NCBI GenBank assembly: GCA_002104905.1
Contig: MCFE01000085.1
Coordinates: forward strand, 62,001-126,000
Origin: Basidiobolus meristosporus CBS 931.73
Lineage: Eukaryota > Fungi > Basidiobolomycota
Direction of reading: 5' to 3'
DNA: 64,000 nucleotides
This document shows, piece by piece, positions 25,675 through 38,599 of the stretch (position 1 is the stretch's first letter; the number at the start of each line of letters is the position of its first letter). A program made the position numbers and the translations under genes. Below the pieces are notes generated by a model. That model was not told the DNA's origin. It ran no database searches and saw nothing but the letters and a program-made list of their open reading frames with translations.

Positions 25675-26339
25675 GTGCTTTTTCACTTAAGTTACGCATA
25701 GTGGCTCCCGGACATTATGGAGTATAATTTTATTTGTATAAATTCTCCTTTCTGATACCCAAAGCAATATGGGCACCATTTTAATCACCCAGTCACTGCC
25801 TATGATTATGCACATTGAGTAGATATAGCCTCTTTTGTACACTCCCTGCTTGATCACTTAACCAATTCTCTTACTTTTCCTGCATACAAATTGATCTATT
25901 TCCATTGAAGCTTTGGTTTTACCTCTAGTGTCAATGATATTGACCTATAGAAGCCACTATACACAGCACTAACATTAATCCCAACCCCACACTCAACAAG
26001 CAACTCCATAAATATCTACCACTCTATCAGTATTTCTGCTGTAAAACCCTATTTCCATGACTGAGGTGGGAACCCTGCAGCCTTATGCCACTATTCATTC
26101 ACTGGTCCACATATGTCTTGGTCTTCAGCCAGTGCTGCAAGGTATAGCTCCTCATATGTTAGTCTTTGCAATAAATCTTAGCAATATTCAAGTGCATTTT
26201 GTTGAGCAGTGCTCTTGAAAAAATGCTGCAACCTTTTGGTATGCCAATTAGTATTTCAATATTCCACTGTTGGCATTGCTGTGGTCTTTTGAGTTTCTGA
26301 TGCTGTTGCTTTCTCTGTTGGTGGGATTTCTGCTGTGTC

Positions 26340-26708
26340 TGTTGCAATTTAAGAAGTGATTTGGATATAAGGAACTTATCAAGAAATAGTGATAATAGTT
26401 GAACTGTTGTTTATTCATAAAGAATCTCAGTATTTATACCTTTGTAGAAGTAATACAGCTGCAACACTAAGTAGGGAGGGTTTCTCAATATTCAGGAGCA
26501 TTCTGTAACAGTTTCAGGGTTAGTACATAATGTTTGGTAATAGTGCTAATTTGATCCTGACTATAAGGGAGTAATCATAAGATCATATATCTGGAGAAAG
26601 TGGCAAAGTTAAGGCAGTAAATGAGTCCTACAGTGACTAAGACAAGTCTAGAATTGTTAAGTAAATTTTTAGCTGCTGAATGATACCAAATAGTCCAATA
26701 CTTCAACA
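26340..26708 (-). repeat. 3' LTR of copia C1
   Basis: TGTTG...CAACA; direct repeat of 30639-31007. Confidence 0.97.
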
Positions 26709-29700
26709 CTCCCCCTCAACTAAATAATTTCTTAATCCCAATTTCTCTGTAAGGATCTCAAACTGTGGCCAAGCTAGTGGTTTTGTCAATATGTCTGCCA
26801 CCATTTTGTCAGTTGGGCAGTAAGCCAGCTTCACTAAGTTATTTTCTACAGCTTCCCTCACAAAGTGATGCTGTATATCAATGTGCTTAGTTCTGGCATG
26901 ATTAGTAGGATTTCTAGCTAATGAAATACAACTTTGATTATCCTTGTAAATACATGTTGGTTCACCTGAATTAAAACCTAAGTCTTTGAATAATTTTTGT
27001 AGCCATATAGCCTCCTTAGTTGCTTGACATGCAGCCATATATTTGGCTTCAGTTGTAGATAGTGCCGCAGTTGGTTGTTTCTTGCAATTCCAAGTAATAG
27101 CTGCACCAGCATAAAGAAATACATATCCTGTGGTAGAGCATCTGTCAATCAGATCCCTACCCCAATCTGAATCACTATAACCATCAAATTTTTGCCTATT
27201 AGCTGCTCCAGAGTATTCCAGTACCATATTTATGGTACCTTGTAGATATCTGAGAATCCGCTTAACTGCTGCAATTTGATCTGATCCATAAATCTGCATG
27301 AATTGACTGACTATTCCAACTGCCACTGCAATATCTGGACGTGTAGACACTATCAAGTACATTAGGCTACCAACCATTGATTGATAGGGAAAGTTTTGGT
27401 CCATATTTGAGCCATTTTCATCTATAACTGGCTGAGATTTGCTTAATTTCAGGTTATTGTCCATAGGGGTTGCTGCAGGTTTGCAATTTTTTTGAAGCGT
27501 CTAAGAATGTCCCTGATGTACTTAGACTGATTCAGTACATATTTCTGCGTAGGTATGTCAAATTTGACCTCAACTCCAAGAAAATAGCTCAATTTTCCAA
27601 GATCTTTCATCTCAAACTTGCTGAAGAGATCTGATCTTGTCTGTTTATGTGCCTCTTGATCACTTGTAGCTATAATTAGGTCATCCACATAAAGAACTAA
27701 GATGATCACACCCTTTTTGAGCTGTTTCACATATATACTGTGATCTGCAGTGCTACAAGAGAACCCAATTTCCTCTAGATATATGTCAATCTTGTTGTAC
27801 CATGCTCTGGGTGCCTGCTTAAGCCCATACAATGATTTTCTAAGTTTGCACACCTTATGGGGGCCTTTTGGATTGGTAAAACCTTCTGGTTGCTCCATAT
27901 ATATAGTTTCTTGCAAATCCCCATTTAGAAAGGCTGTTTTGACGTCCATTTGGTGTAGAACTAGACTGTGTGCAGCTGCCAGGGCTAGAACTGTCCTAAT
28001 AGAGCTAAACTTGGCAACCGGAGCAAATGTTTCCTTAAAGTCTAGTCCCTGGATCTGGGAATAGCCTTTAGCTACCAATCTAGCCTTGTACTTATCAACA
28101 ACACCATTTGAGGTTATCTTGATCTTGTAGACCCATCTACATCCTATTGGCTTTCTCCCATTTGGTAAATCTACCAGTTCCTACGTTTTTGCCTTGATCA
28201 GTGATTGGTACTCCTCCTGCATGGCTTGTAGCCACTTGGTAGCATCTGGACCTTGCATTGCCTGCTCCAGATTCTGAGGTTTGGCACATAAGGCAAGATA
28301 AGCTTCTTCATGATCATTGGATGTCTGCCACCAGGATCCAGGGGCATCTCTTATTCTGGTAGATCTCCTAACTGGGATGATCTGTTCTGATCTGGAACTG
28401 GTAGAGGTATCTTCCATCTCTGGCTGGATTTGGTACGTATCCTCTTCATTTGTGTTGATTGCATCATCAGGCAGCTGGCCAATGATTTCCGTGGCTTTCT
28501 GATCTGAATTCTCCTCAAATACAACATCCCTGCTCTTGATCAGCTTCTGAATTTTGCCATCATACACTCTATGCCCTTTAGTATCTTTGCAATACCCAAG
28601 AAAGATCCCTTTCCTACTCCTTGGTTCCAACTTTGAGCAATTTTTGTCAGGGATGTGATAAAAAACATCACTGCCAAAGATCTTGAGGTGCTGGAGATCT
28701 GGCTTTTTGCCTGTGGATGCTTCAAAGGGTGTAGAATCACATAGTGCTGTTGTTGGGCATCTGTTCTTGATGTATACAGCGGTAGCAACAGATTCAGCCC
28801 AAAACTTGTAGTCCATTCCCTTATCATGTAGTATAGATCTTCCCATCCCTACTATTGTTCTATTTGCACGTTCTGCTACTCCATTTTGCTGTGGAGTATG
28901 AGGAACTGTGGTCTGTTGAAGTATACCAGTAGACAAGCAGTATTTTGCAAACTCCTTTGAGCAGTATTCTCCTCCATTGTCACTTTGTAGTACCTTCAAT
29001 TTACACCCAGTTTGAGTTTCTACCATGTTCTTGAAGTGCTTAAACGTCTCTAAAGCTTCATCCTTTGTTTTGAGGAAGTACACCCATGTATATCTTGTCT
29101 TGTCATCAGTAATATCATGAAGTATCTCTTGGCTCCAAAGGACAGTGTTCTCATGGGGCCACATATGTCTGAGTGTACAATAGCCAATATTTTGGTGGTA
29201 TTGATGCCTTCTGAGCTCTTGAAATGTTGCCTAGCTTGTTTACCATATGAACATCCCTTACAAACATTCAGTTTGATTGGAGTTGAGTATTTTATGCCCA
29301 AAACAAGCTGATTTTTCACCAATTGGCTCATTTTCTGTTCCCCTATGTGTCCTAGCCTCCTATGCCACATCTCCCAGTTGGTTTCATCAGTTTCAGCATT
29401 GTTGACATACTCAGGTACAATGATCTTGCATTGTAACTTGTATATATTGTGATCTCTGATTCCCAAAGCTAATTTTTGTCCATTTTCACTCAATATTGAG
29501 CAGCTCAGCTTAGTAAAAACAAATCTCAGTCCCTGAGTAGTTGCTTTACTGACTGAGAGTAGGTTCTTAGCTATTCCAGGTACATAGAGTACGTCAGTCA
29601 GTTTTGCTGTTGTTGCCCCTGAGTTATCACTCATATTTAGTTGTATAGACCCACTGGCGGTAGCTTCCAATGCAGAGTTATCTCCCAGATAAACCTTTCT

Positions 29701-30602
29701 TACAGGAATAGTCTTTAAGTTGCTGAACCAATCCTTTATACCACAAATATGCTGTGATGCTCCAGAGTCAATATACCATTCATTACTTTGGTTACTTGCA
29801 CTCTCTTGTACAGTTACAAATAACTGTTCATCAGTAGTTATATGGTTTGCCTGCTGTAGTTTCTGTTTTTTGTCTGCTTGTTTCTTCTTGCATTCTCTTG
29901 CCCAGTGTTGTAGTTACAGCAGCCAGGTTTTCTTTGGTTTTGTTGCTTTCCCTTCTTTTCTGTATGCATTTCTGAACTGAATAAAGCATTATCTTCAATT
30001 TTCTCTGCTTGATCATTATGTCTGAGTTCTTCATGGAGAAGTCTTCCTTTGACATAGTCTAAAGTCAAGTTGTCTTCTCTGCTTTCAAAAGAAAGTATGA
30101 GTGGCTCATACTTGTCTGGTAGGCTGCAAAGCAGACAGAGTATCTTTTCTTCATCATCTACACCAGCATTAATACTGCAAAGTTCTTCTGCAAGTGTCTT
30201 CACTCTGGTAATGAGTTGTAGCATGTCATCATCTGGCATCTTCCTCATGTTGAAGAACTTTGGTTTCAAATAAAGCTTGCTTGTTACTGACTTTGCTCTA
30301 AAGATCTTCTCTAAGGATTCCCATGCTGCTTTGGCAGTATTTGAGGCATGGATTTGTCCAATGAAGGAGTCTTGCACATTGATGCATATGGCATTGAAGG
30401 CCTTTCTCTCCTTCTCTTGAAACTTCTCCACATCTTCTGCTGTTCCTTTGGGCTCAACTTCCTTTCCTGTTACTATGTTCCAAAGCTTTCTTTCCTCAAG
30501 GTGGATCTGCATCTTGATTCTCCAAAGTCTGTAGTTCTTCCCATCAAACCTCTGCTTTACAGGGAAGATGTTGGTATTGCTTTGTTTGCTGGTAGAAATC
30601 AT
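26703..30602 (-). pseudogene. Copia gag-pol polyprotein with several stops and frameshifts
   Basis: DGKNYRLWRIKMQIHL (gag), WYIDSGASQHICG (protease), WHRRLGHIG, VHSDICGP, SDNGGEY, QQNGVAERANRT (integrase), ILVLYVDDLI (RT), YSDSDWG and MVADILTKPL (RNase H). Confidence 0.95.
26709..26717 (-). promoter_or_regulatory. Polypurine tract of copia C1
   Basis: GAGGGGGAG immediately before the TG of the 3' LTR on the minus strand. Confidence 0.9.
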
Positions 30603-30626
30603 CTTTAGAATAGATTAAGGCAATTG

Positions 30627-30638
30627 GGGCTCATAACC
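30627..30638 (-). promoter_or_regulatory. Primer-binding site of copia C1
   Basis: GGTTATGAGCCC directly after the 5' LTR, resembling the GGTTATGGGCCC half-tRNA-Met PBS of copia-type elements. Confidence 0.88.
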
Positions 30639-31007
30639 TGTTGCAATTTAAGAAGCAATTTGGATATAAGGAACTTATCAAGAAATAGTGATAATAGTTG
30701 AACTGTTGTTTATTCATCAAGAAGCTCAGTATTTATACCTTTGTAGAAGTAATACAGCTGCAACACTGAGTAGGGAGGGTTTCTCAATATTCAGGAGCAT
30801 TCTGTAACAGTTTCAGGGTTAGTATATAATGTTTGGTAATAGTGCTAATTTGATCCTGATTATAAGAGAATAATCATAAGCTCATATATCTGGAGAAAGT
30901 GGTAAAGTTAAGGCAGTAAATGAGTCCTGCAGTGACTAAGACTAGTCTAGAATTGTTAAGTAGGTTTTTAGCTGCTGAATGATACCAAATAGTTCAATAT
31001 TTCAGCA
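30639..31007 (-). repeat. 5' LTR of copia C1
   Basis: TGTTG...CAGCA; direct repeat of 26340-26708. Confidence 0.97.
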
Positions 31008-31781
31008 GTGTCTACAATGGAGGACATGGAGGCAGTGGTGGACAAATTGCATCTCTCTGCAAGCTCATCCACCCAACTAGAGTGTTGCTCAGCTATTTGC
31101 ACTTCCAACTTTTGAGATATCAGCTTTGTCTTGTTGGTATCTCCTCTTGGTTATGCTATGATTCAGCCTGTTCTTGACTTGCAGTGGAAACTGGTAAGAA
31201 TTGCAGCTTTTTTCTCATGCTTCCCTGTCTGTGGCTTTGGTGGAGATTTGTCTCTTTACCTTTGCCTTTGTCACCACCAAATCTTTCACTGTTACCTTGA
31301 ATGAGTGCCTCTTATATTTTTTCTTCTTTGTCCTTGATGAATGCTGCACTGGTGCATCCATTTTTGCTGTTTTGTACCTTGGTGGCACTCTCCCAGCAAC
31401 CTGAGGCTTCTTTACTACTTCCTTGGAACTTTCAGTCCTGTTTGTGATAGGCTCCTGACAAAGCATGGGCTTTTATAACTGTCAGGTCCTTCACTGCTAC
31501 TGTTACTGTGTGTTACTTGTATTATAGTTTGTTTTCTCCTTGATGACTGCTGCACTGCTGCATCTGCTTCTGTCTATGTGCACCCTAATGTCACTCTCCT
31601 AGCAACTTGATATTTCCTTACCACTTGCTTGAATCCTTCAGCCCTGCTTATGGTAGGCTCCAAGAAAGCCACATATTTTTCACTGTCAAGTCCTTCACTG
31701 CTACTGTGACTGAGTGCTGCTTGAATTGAACTACCTTTTCTCCTTCATAAGTGCTGCACTGATGTATCTATACCTATAAAT

Positions 31782-32150
31782 GGCCACAGAGTGTAACATG
31801 TGACAAAAATGCATGACATTATCTTGGTCTATTGGCACTATCTGGCACTATATGTAAATATTAGCCCTAATGTAAAACCTATGCAAGGCATTTATAGTGC
31901 CACATAGTGCCAGTGGACCAACATAGGCCATGCTTTCTTGTATTATGTGACAAGTTACAAGAGCTAGATTCAGAGTGCCATGGTCTTTTAGTACCAGAAG
32001 TATGTCTTCAGTCCCTCCATGCTCCTATTCATCCTGCACAACATTGATCCCAAAAAAAAGGTCAAAAAAATGGAATTTTGCAGAACAATGGGTGAAACAC
32101 ATGGGCTGCTTGGCATGAAGCTGAAGAACTATATTTCATACTCTGTGGCC
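31782..32150. mobile_element. Putative 369-bp MITE with GGCC termini and an internal hairpin
   Basis: GGCCACAGAGTGTAA vs the reverse complement of the right end, GGCCACAGAGTATGAA (11 bp exact). Internal inverted arms at 31824-31859 / 31890-31921. No TSD found. Confidence 0.55.
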
Positions 32151-35100
32151 AACTGTAGGTCTACCTGGCTTCCCTGGCACACTTTGGCATCATTTGGTAC
32201 TTATAGCTCAATGTGGCACTATCCAATGGAACAAGTTTTCTGCAATATCTTGTCAATTCTTTCAAATTTCTCTGGTATTGCAATGGGCTCATTTGGCTTC
32301 AAATGCCTCATGCACAACTTGATCATCAGAAAAGGGATACTGTTGAAAAGCAAATGCATTGCTCCCATAGGAAAGCTTTTGCTTCAACAGATACCTTCTA
32401 TCTTAATTAACTCTGGTTTCCAATTAAATCCATATTCTGGCCAATGGCTTATAGCTTGCCAACTTTGCTGCAATTGCATGCTGACTTCTATACACTCACT
32501 CTGCAGGAAGATGATGCTCTTAGTGTTAGTGCTTGGGTAATAATAATGTGTGTGAGTTATGGAGAAAATCTCCTAGATTTCACACATTGATCAGCAATAC
32601 CACTATGGTGCCCAGAAAAGCCAGCTATCTTTCAGATGGCTGTGGTATCTCCAATGTATATAATAATATGCACATTAAAGTGACACCCATTTACTATTAT
32701 CCTGCTGGAAAGCTAAGAAAATTCATCCAGCAATAGATACATGTAGCTATCTGGGCTGGACAGTGAATGAAGCTCAGAAAACAATAACACTACTGTCAAA
32801 TTTCTGCTCTGATACCTTAAGATGGGCAGCAGATTCAGGTTGATGAGAATTAGTGGCCAGCAGGATTTGCTGGTAGAGTATGTGTTTAATGAGAATTCAA
32901 GAAGTCCCAAGGCAAAGGCATAGTAATACATACCTTCAAAGCACTCCTTGCTTCTCAGCTACTTGTAGTGCTTGCCATCCAATATATCAGATATGTTTGA
33001 GCTTGGTTGACACTCCGTGCAGTACTCTATAGCTACACAATACTTGTTGGACTGCAGGAGCTTCTTAAGATGGGTTATTATTGGAATGTATCCAGAGTGT
33101 AAACATTGTTTTCCCCAATGGTGGTGGATTACCAACAAGTTGGACACCTTGCAATGGTTTCATTTTCTGATGTGAATGCCATGCAACTGTTAACACAAGC
33201 TGGTATCAGGACAATCACAGGGTTATATGTAGCCAGCAGCATTAAGGTTATATATATTAATATCATGTACATGGTAAGTTGCATCCCAGGATAATTTTGA
33301 CATGAAGTAGTAGTGGATCCTCAAAGCCCCATTTCTAATTTTAGTTGAAACTTGCCACTTCTCTAGCCACAACATCATATCACTTGCCAGTTGATTGTTT
33401 ACTGGGCTCACATGACTTTATAAAGTATGCAAAGAATGAACTCAAGTAGCTCAATGTCACATCTCAGAATTAAGCCATTTTGTGAAGCAACAGCAGAGGA
33501 ACACTGTACAGTCTTTGAAGCACTACAACAGTGCCCAAAGATAAAGCCCTCAGAGAAGCTTATCACAGCATGGGAGGGAAAAATGTTGTGTTTATATTAA
33601 AGCCTAAAAACCCAAAGACATTAAAGATCCATTAAGCTGTTGAGTGCAGTATAGAAGAGTGGGCTGATATTCAACTGACAGTTAGAAGTCTAGCATGCCA
33701 ACACCTTAAGACTGGCATACTATGTTACCATCAGGAACTCAAGCCCAAGCAGAATGTGCTTTACTTGTTCAATAAGCTTTTTCCTGGATTCAAATAAGCA
33801 AACAGATATTGGGCCAGCATATGATACACTAAGTAAATATCTCAAGAATAGCCAAACCAATTGAAGGCATAAGTACAACCATGCAATGGCAAAAAACCAG
33901 CAGCTTCCTCAAAAGCCCATTAAAAGCAAGGCCAAAAGCTCCAAACAAATGTTGGAGAGACATTGGGTAGCTGGAAAAGCACCAATAAGGGACAAGCAGG
34001 CAGACACAGATGCACAGCACAACATCTATCTAGGAAAAAGTGCAGTTCCACTCAGGAAGCACCCAGTCAAAGTAGCAGTGAATGAACTGGTGGTGATAAA
34101 AACTCACAGCTAACTCAGGAGCTTGTCACAGCATATACTGCAAGCTCAAAACCAGCAGGAAAGAAGTGTCAGGTTGCAAGAAGAGTGCCAGTAAGGGACA
34201 AGCAGGCTAAACTAGATGCATCAGAGCAGCATTTATTAAGGAGATAACATAGTTCAATACAAGAAGCACTCAGACAACAAAGCAGTCAAAGAGCTGGCAA
34301 TGATAAAGGAAGAGGTAACGGGAAAAAGTCTACCCAAGCAGTGACAGGGAAGCATAAGAGCACAGCTGTAGTTCTTACCAATTAATGCCATAAGCCCAGA
34401 AAAAGCTAAATTCCATTGTAGCCAAGAAGAATTACCTATAAGGAACCAGCTGTTTTTGCAATAGCTAGAAGCATGGACAACTAAGCTACACCCCAATGAG
34501 GTAGATGGATTTGCAGAGAAAGGCAATTTGTCTACCATAGCTGCCATGACCTCCATAGTTGTCACAGTGGAGATCCCACCAATAGACAAAGTAACAACAT
34601 CAAGAACTCAAAAGGTTATCACAAAGCCTTCAGTGAAACTTTGGAACATTAATAGGCACACCTAGAGGTAGCAGCACTTCTTCAAGAGCAGTGCTCACAG
34701 AAATGCACTTTAATATTGCAAGGATTTATTGCAAAGACTGGCAGATGAGGTGCAAGACCTGCAGTGCTGGCTGAAGACCAGGATGTATGGGATCCAGGGA
34801 ATAAACAGTGGCATAAAGCTGTAGGGTTACTGCTAAAGTCCTGGAAACAGAGTGTTACAGCAGAAATACTTATTGTGTGGTGGATTTTAATGGAGTTACT
34901 TGTTGGGTGTGGGGTTGGGCTTAATGTTGGTGTAGGGTATAGGAAATTGTATAGGTCAATGCAATTGGCAATCAAGGTGTAACTGAAGTTTTACTGGAAA
35001 TATATCAATGTGTATGCATGTAAAGTAAGAGAAATGGTTGAGTCAGGAGGTAAGGGGCGTGAAAAAGAGGCAAGAGCCAATCAATGTGCACAAATGTAGG

Positions 35101-35169
35101 AGGTGATAGAGTGCCCAGAATCAGAAAGTGAGAAAATTGGCAGAGAACCAATCAAAAGCCACTTTTGTA

Positions 35170-38100
35170 CCCTATAAAGAATAATTAGGTCCCCAGGTGG
35201 ATACAATCCTCATCAGTCATCAAGATGCCATCACAAGACCATTATAATACCACCAGCTTGGAATTAATGACCATCTTCACAACCTTATGGTGGGATCACA
35301 ACAATGTCTGGCTAATTTTACTGCCAACTAAAGTTAAAAAACATAACAGTGTTTGTACCGTATTCTGCCAAGGGTGGCATGACTTTGTTGCAATCTAAGA
35401 GCACTGTAGTGAGGTCACAGTGATACCCACTGACAGATGTGCTCATTCCCATATTTTCTACTTCCCTATTTTGCTACAACACTTATTTTAGTTTTATCCC
35501 ATTTGTCTTACCTGATCAGTACTATCCCATAAGCCGGTTGACTATCACACCTGCTTACCTTATTGCATAAGTTATCCATCAATTTATGTAAGATTACTAG
35601 CAGTAAGTGCTTCTGTATTAGGCAAGTACCCGCACCAGTACCCATGACACATGGTCAACCTGTGTCACCATCCTTACCATCTCCATACCATGTATGATAT
35701 CCCTATGTTACACAGGCCTCAGAGTACTGATTCCTGATTGGTTGGATGTGCAGTGCCTCTTAGAACCTTCTGGCACCTACTTAGAACATTCTTAGGTCAT
35801 TCTGATGTCATTAAGGTTTCTATTGATATCAGGAACCTCCTGGAAGACCATGATTAGTAATCACTTAGCCAGTAAGAAAAGTATATAAGGGAGGCCATCC
35901 CTCTGCAATAAATCATCATTCCTTTTATCAATATAACAACTTGTTGCTTATTGTGATCACTACTACCTGCTGCTACCTGAACTTCCAAACCCCACACCAC
36001 AGGACACTCCTAGGAAACCACACTGACAGCCAATTGAACTTGGAGGCACTACTTGTGAGGAATACTCAGTGTAGGTATCTTTTATTATATTTGATTCTTT
36101 GCCAAGTTTGTTCTTGTACAGGCAATGATACTTTTCTGTCTTTGTAACTACTGACCACAGCTGCATTCTTATCAGGTCCCTGCTGGTGAAGTTACAGTTG
36201 TTTTGACTTTGGAAGCTTTAGTATATTGTCATCTCAAAGGATGCTGAACCCAGCACATACTTTTGTTAAGATGCCAACTAAGTTGGGATTGTAGCTCAAT
36301 AGTTTTCCCTTGACAAGCTTGTGGCTTTATTCCCCATCACATTAAATTAGAGATAGAATCCAAGTATTCCTAGCAAGCTTTTGCCAGAGGATATTGCACC
36401 AAGTAAGCACCCCACACACAAAACACTGGAGAAGTGCTGTACCTATCTCTCCTTTGGACTTATACACTGTCATAGCAGATAAAAGGTCAAGAGCAAACAA
36501 TATCCCAGGTAGAGGAAGCTGTATCTTTCCTGCAAAGAAGGAGCTCACATAGCTCAGTGTTACAGCCAAGAATTGAGCCATTTCCCAATGTAACTGCAGA
36601 GAGACACTGTACAGAGTTTGAGGCACAATAATGGTACCCAAAGATAACCCCACAGAAAACCTATCACAACATGGGAGGGATATAATGTAGTGCTTATACC
36701 ATAGCCTAAAAGCCAAAAGACACTGAAGATCTGTGAAGCCATTGAGTGCAATGATCAAGAGTGGGCTAATACTCAAGAGTCTGTTAGAAGTCCAACACAC
36801 TAATACCTTAAGGCCATCATACCATGGGACCATCAGGAACTCAAGACCAAGCACAATGTGCTTGATCTGCTCAATGAGCATTATTCTGGATTCAGAGTAG
36901 TAAATAGATTTTGGGCCAGCATTGGTTTGCTAATAAAGTGTCTCAAGAGCAGCAGCAGGTATCAAAGGCAAAAGAACAAGGGTGCAATGGCTAGAAAGCA
37001 GCAGCTTCCTCAAGAGCCTGTTACATGCAGGTCTAAAAGCTCCAAACAAGTATCTAAGAGGCATAAGGTAGCTGCAAGAGTGCTAATAAGGGAAATGCAA
37101 GCAGACACCAATGCACCAGATCAACACTTACCAAGGAAAGATCATAGTTCTACTCACAAAGCACTCAGTCAAAGTATCAGTGAAGGAGCTGATAGTGATA
37201 AGACAAGCAGCTACCTTATGAACCTGACACAGCATGGGCTGACAGCTTGGAACAAGTGGGAAAAAAGCATTTGGTTGCCCGCAGAGTGCCAGCAAGGGAC
37301 AACCAGGCCAAAACAGAGGCATTAGAGCAGCATTTATCAAGGAGAAAGCATAGTTCAGTACAAGAAGCACTTAGACAAAGTAGCAGTGAAAGACCTAGCA
37401 GTGATAAAGAAAAAGTAAAGGGCAGAGTTTTCATCCAAACCTGAGACAGAGAGGCATGCAAAAAAAACTTCAGTTCTTGCCAATTAACACCGCAAGCCCA
37501 GAACAGACTGAATCCCATCATAGCCAACAAGAATTACCAGCAAGAAAACAGCTGCTTTCACAAGAGTTGGAAGTGCAGCCAGTTGTGCTACACTCCAGCA
37601 AGGTAGATGAGTTTGCAGAAAAAGGCAATTTGTCTACCACAGCTTCCATGTCCTCCATTGTTAACAGAGTGGGGATCCCTCCAACAGACAAAGTAACAAT
37701 GTCAAGAACTCAAAAGGTTATCACAAGGCTTTCAGTGAAATTTTGGAACATCAATAGGCACACCAAGCGGTTGTAGCACTTCTTCAAGAGCAGTGCTCAC
37801 AAAAATGCACTTTAATATTGCAAGGATCTATTGCAAAGACTGGCAGATGAGGAGCTAGACCTTGCAGTGCTGGCTGAAGACCAGGATGTATGGGAACCAG
37901 TGGATGAACAGTAACATAAAGCTGTAGGGTTCCTGCTAAAGTCATGGTAATAGAACATTACAGCGGAACTACTTGTTAAGTGGTGGATTTTAATTGTGTT
38001 ACTTGTTAAGTGTGGAGTTTGGCTTAATGTTGGTATAGAATATAGGAAATTGTATAGGTCAATACAATTGGCAATTGAGGGACAACTGAAGTTTCACTGG

Positions 38101-38434
38101 AAAAAAATCAATTTGTATGCATGAAGAGTAAGATAAATGATCTAGTCAGGAGTTAAGGAGTGTGAAAAAGAGGCAATTGCCAATCAATGCACACAAATAT
38201 AGGAGGTGATAGAGTGTCCAGGATCAAAAAGTAAGAAAATTGGTTGAGAACCAATCAAAAGCTACTTTGTATTGTTATGATGAAAAATTTGACCAAGTTT
38301 TTTATGAAATCTGGGGTGCAATTTTTTTTGACAGTCTTTGCACAGTATCCTGATAAGATCAATACCTCTTAGTCATGGGACTTAAAATCTGTGATGGCCT
38401 TTTGACAGGTTCCTCACAATAATTATTTATAGGG
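35170..38434 (+). mobile_element. CACTA-like family A, copy A7: non-autonomous, both TIRs, 3-bp TSD
   Basis: Left end CCCTATAAAGAATAATT; right end reverse complement CCCTATAAATAATTATT (15/17). TSD GTA/GTA. The left 240 bp match 38946-39180; ORF2 lies at 36495-37990. Confidence 0.88.
35405..36341 (+). mobile_element. Putative LTR of an otherwise unseen family inside A7
   Basis: TGT...ACA ends, TATA-like GTATATAAGG followed by AATAAA; interrupts the A-family left end. No TSD and no second copy in the window. Confidence 0.4.
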
Positions 38435-38599
38435 GTATTGTAGTGATGAAAATTTTGACCAAGTTTTTTGTGAAATCTAGGGTGCAATTATTTTTCATGG
38501 TCTTTGCATGTATCCTGATGGGTTCAATACCTCTTAGTCACAGGACTTTGAATATGTGAAAGCCTTTTGACAAGTTCATGACAGTAATTATTCATAGGG

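Larger units (their letters stand above)
26340..31007 (-). mobile_element. Structurally complete Ty1/copia LTR retrotransposon (family C1), 4668 bp
   Basis: Two 369-bp LTRs (18 differences by hand, ~95% identity), TSD GTGTC/GTGTC, PBS GGTTATGAGCCC, PPT GAGGGGGAG, and domain order gag-PR-INT-RT-RH. Confidence 0.97.
25780..31780 (-). mobile_element. CACTA-like family A, copy A5 (reverse; 25780-26339 + 31008-31780) split by the copia element
   Basis: Reverse complement of the tail and ORF2 3' half; rejoins across the GTGTC TSD. Confidence 0.8.
32151..38599. mobile_element. CACTA-like family A, copy A6 (32151-35169 + 38435-38599), host of A7
   Basis: Transposase fragments on minus at 32151-33420 (DILDGKHYK, SCWPLILINLNLLP), ORF2 on plus at 33425-34900. 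The tail resumes after A7 and ends TTCATAGGG at 38599. Confidence 0.8.

Noticed and set aside
30627-30638. tRNA gene at the tRNA-complementary sequences (also 45719-45731, 46155-46167)
   Set aside because: Only 12-13 nt primer-binding sites next to LTRs; no cloverleaf.
26340-31007. Repeat-induced point mutation (RIP) as the cause of repeat decay
   Set aside because: LTR transitions fall in mixed contexts (CpG, CpA, CpT, CpC) and several polarise as A->G. CpA/TpG dinucleotides are abundant rather than depleted. CpG deamination plus ordinary drift explains what I see; a RIP-index calculation would be needed to revive the idea.
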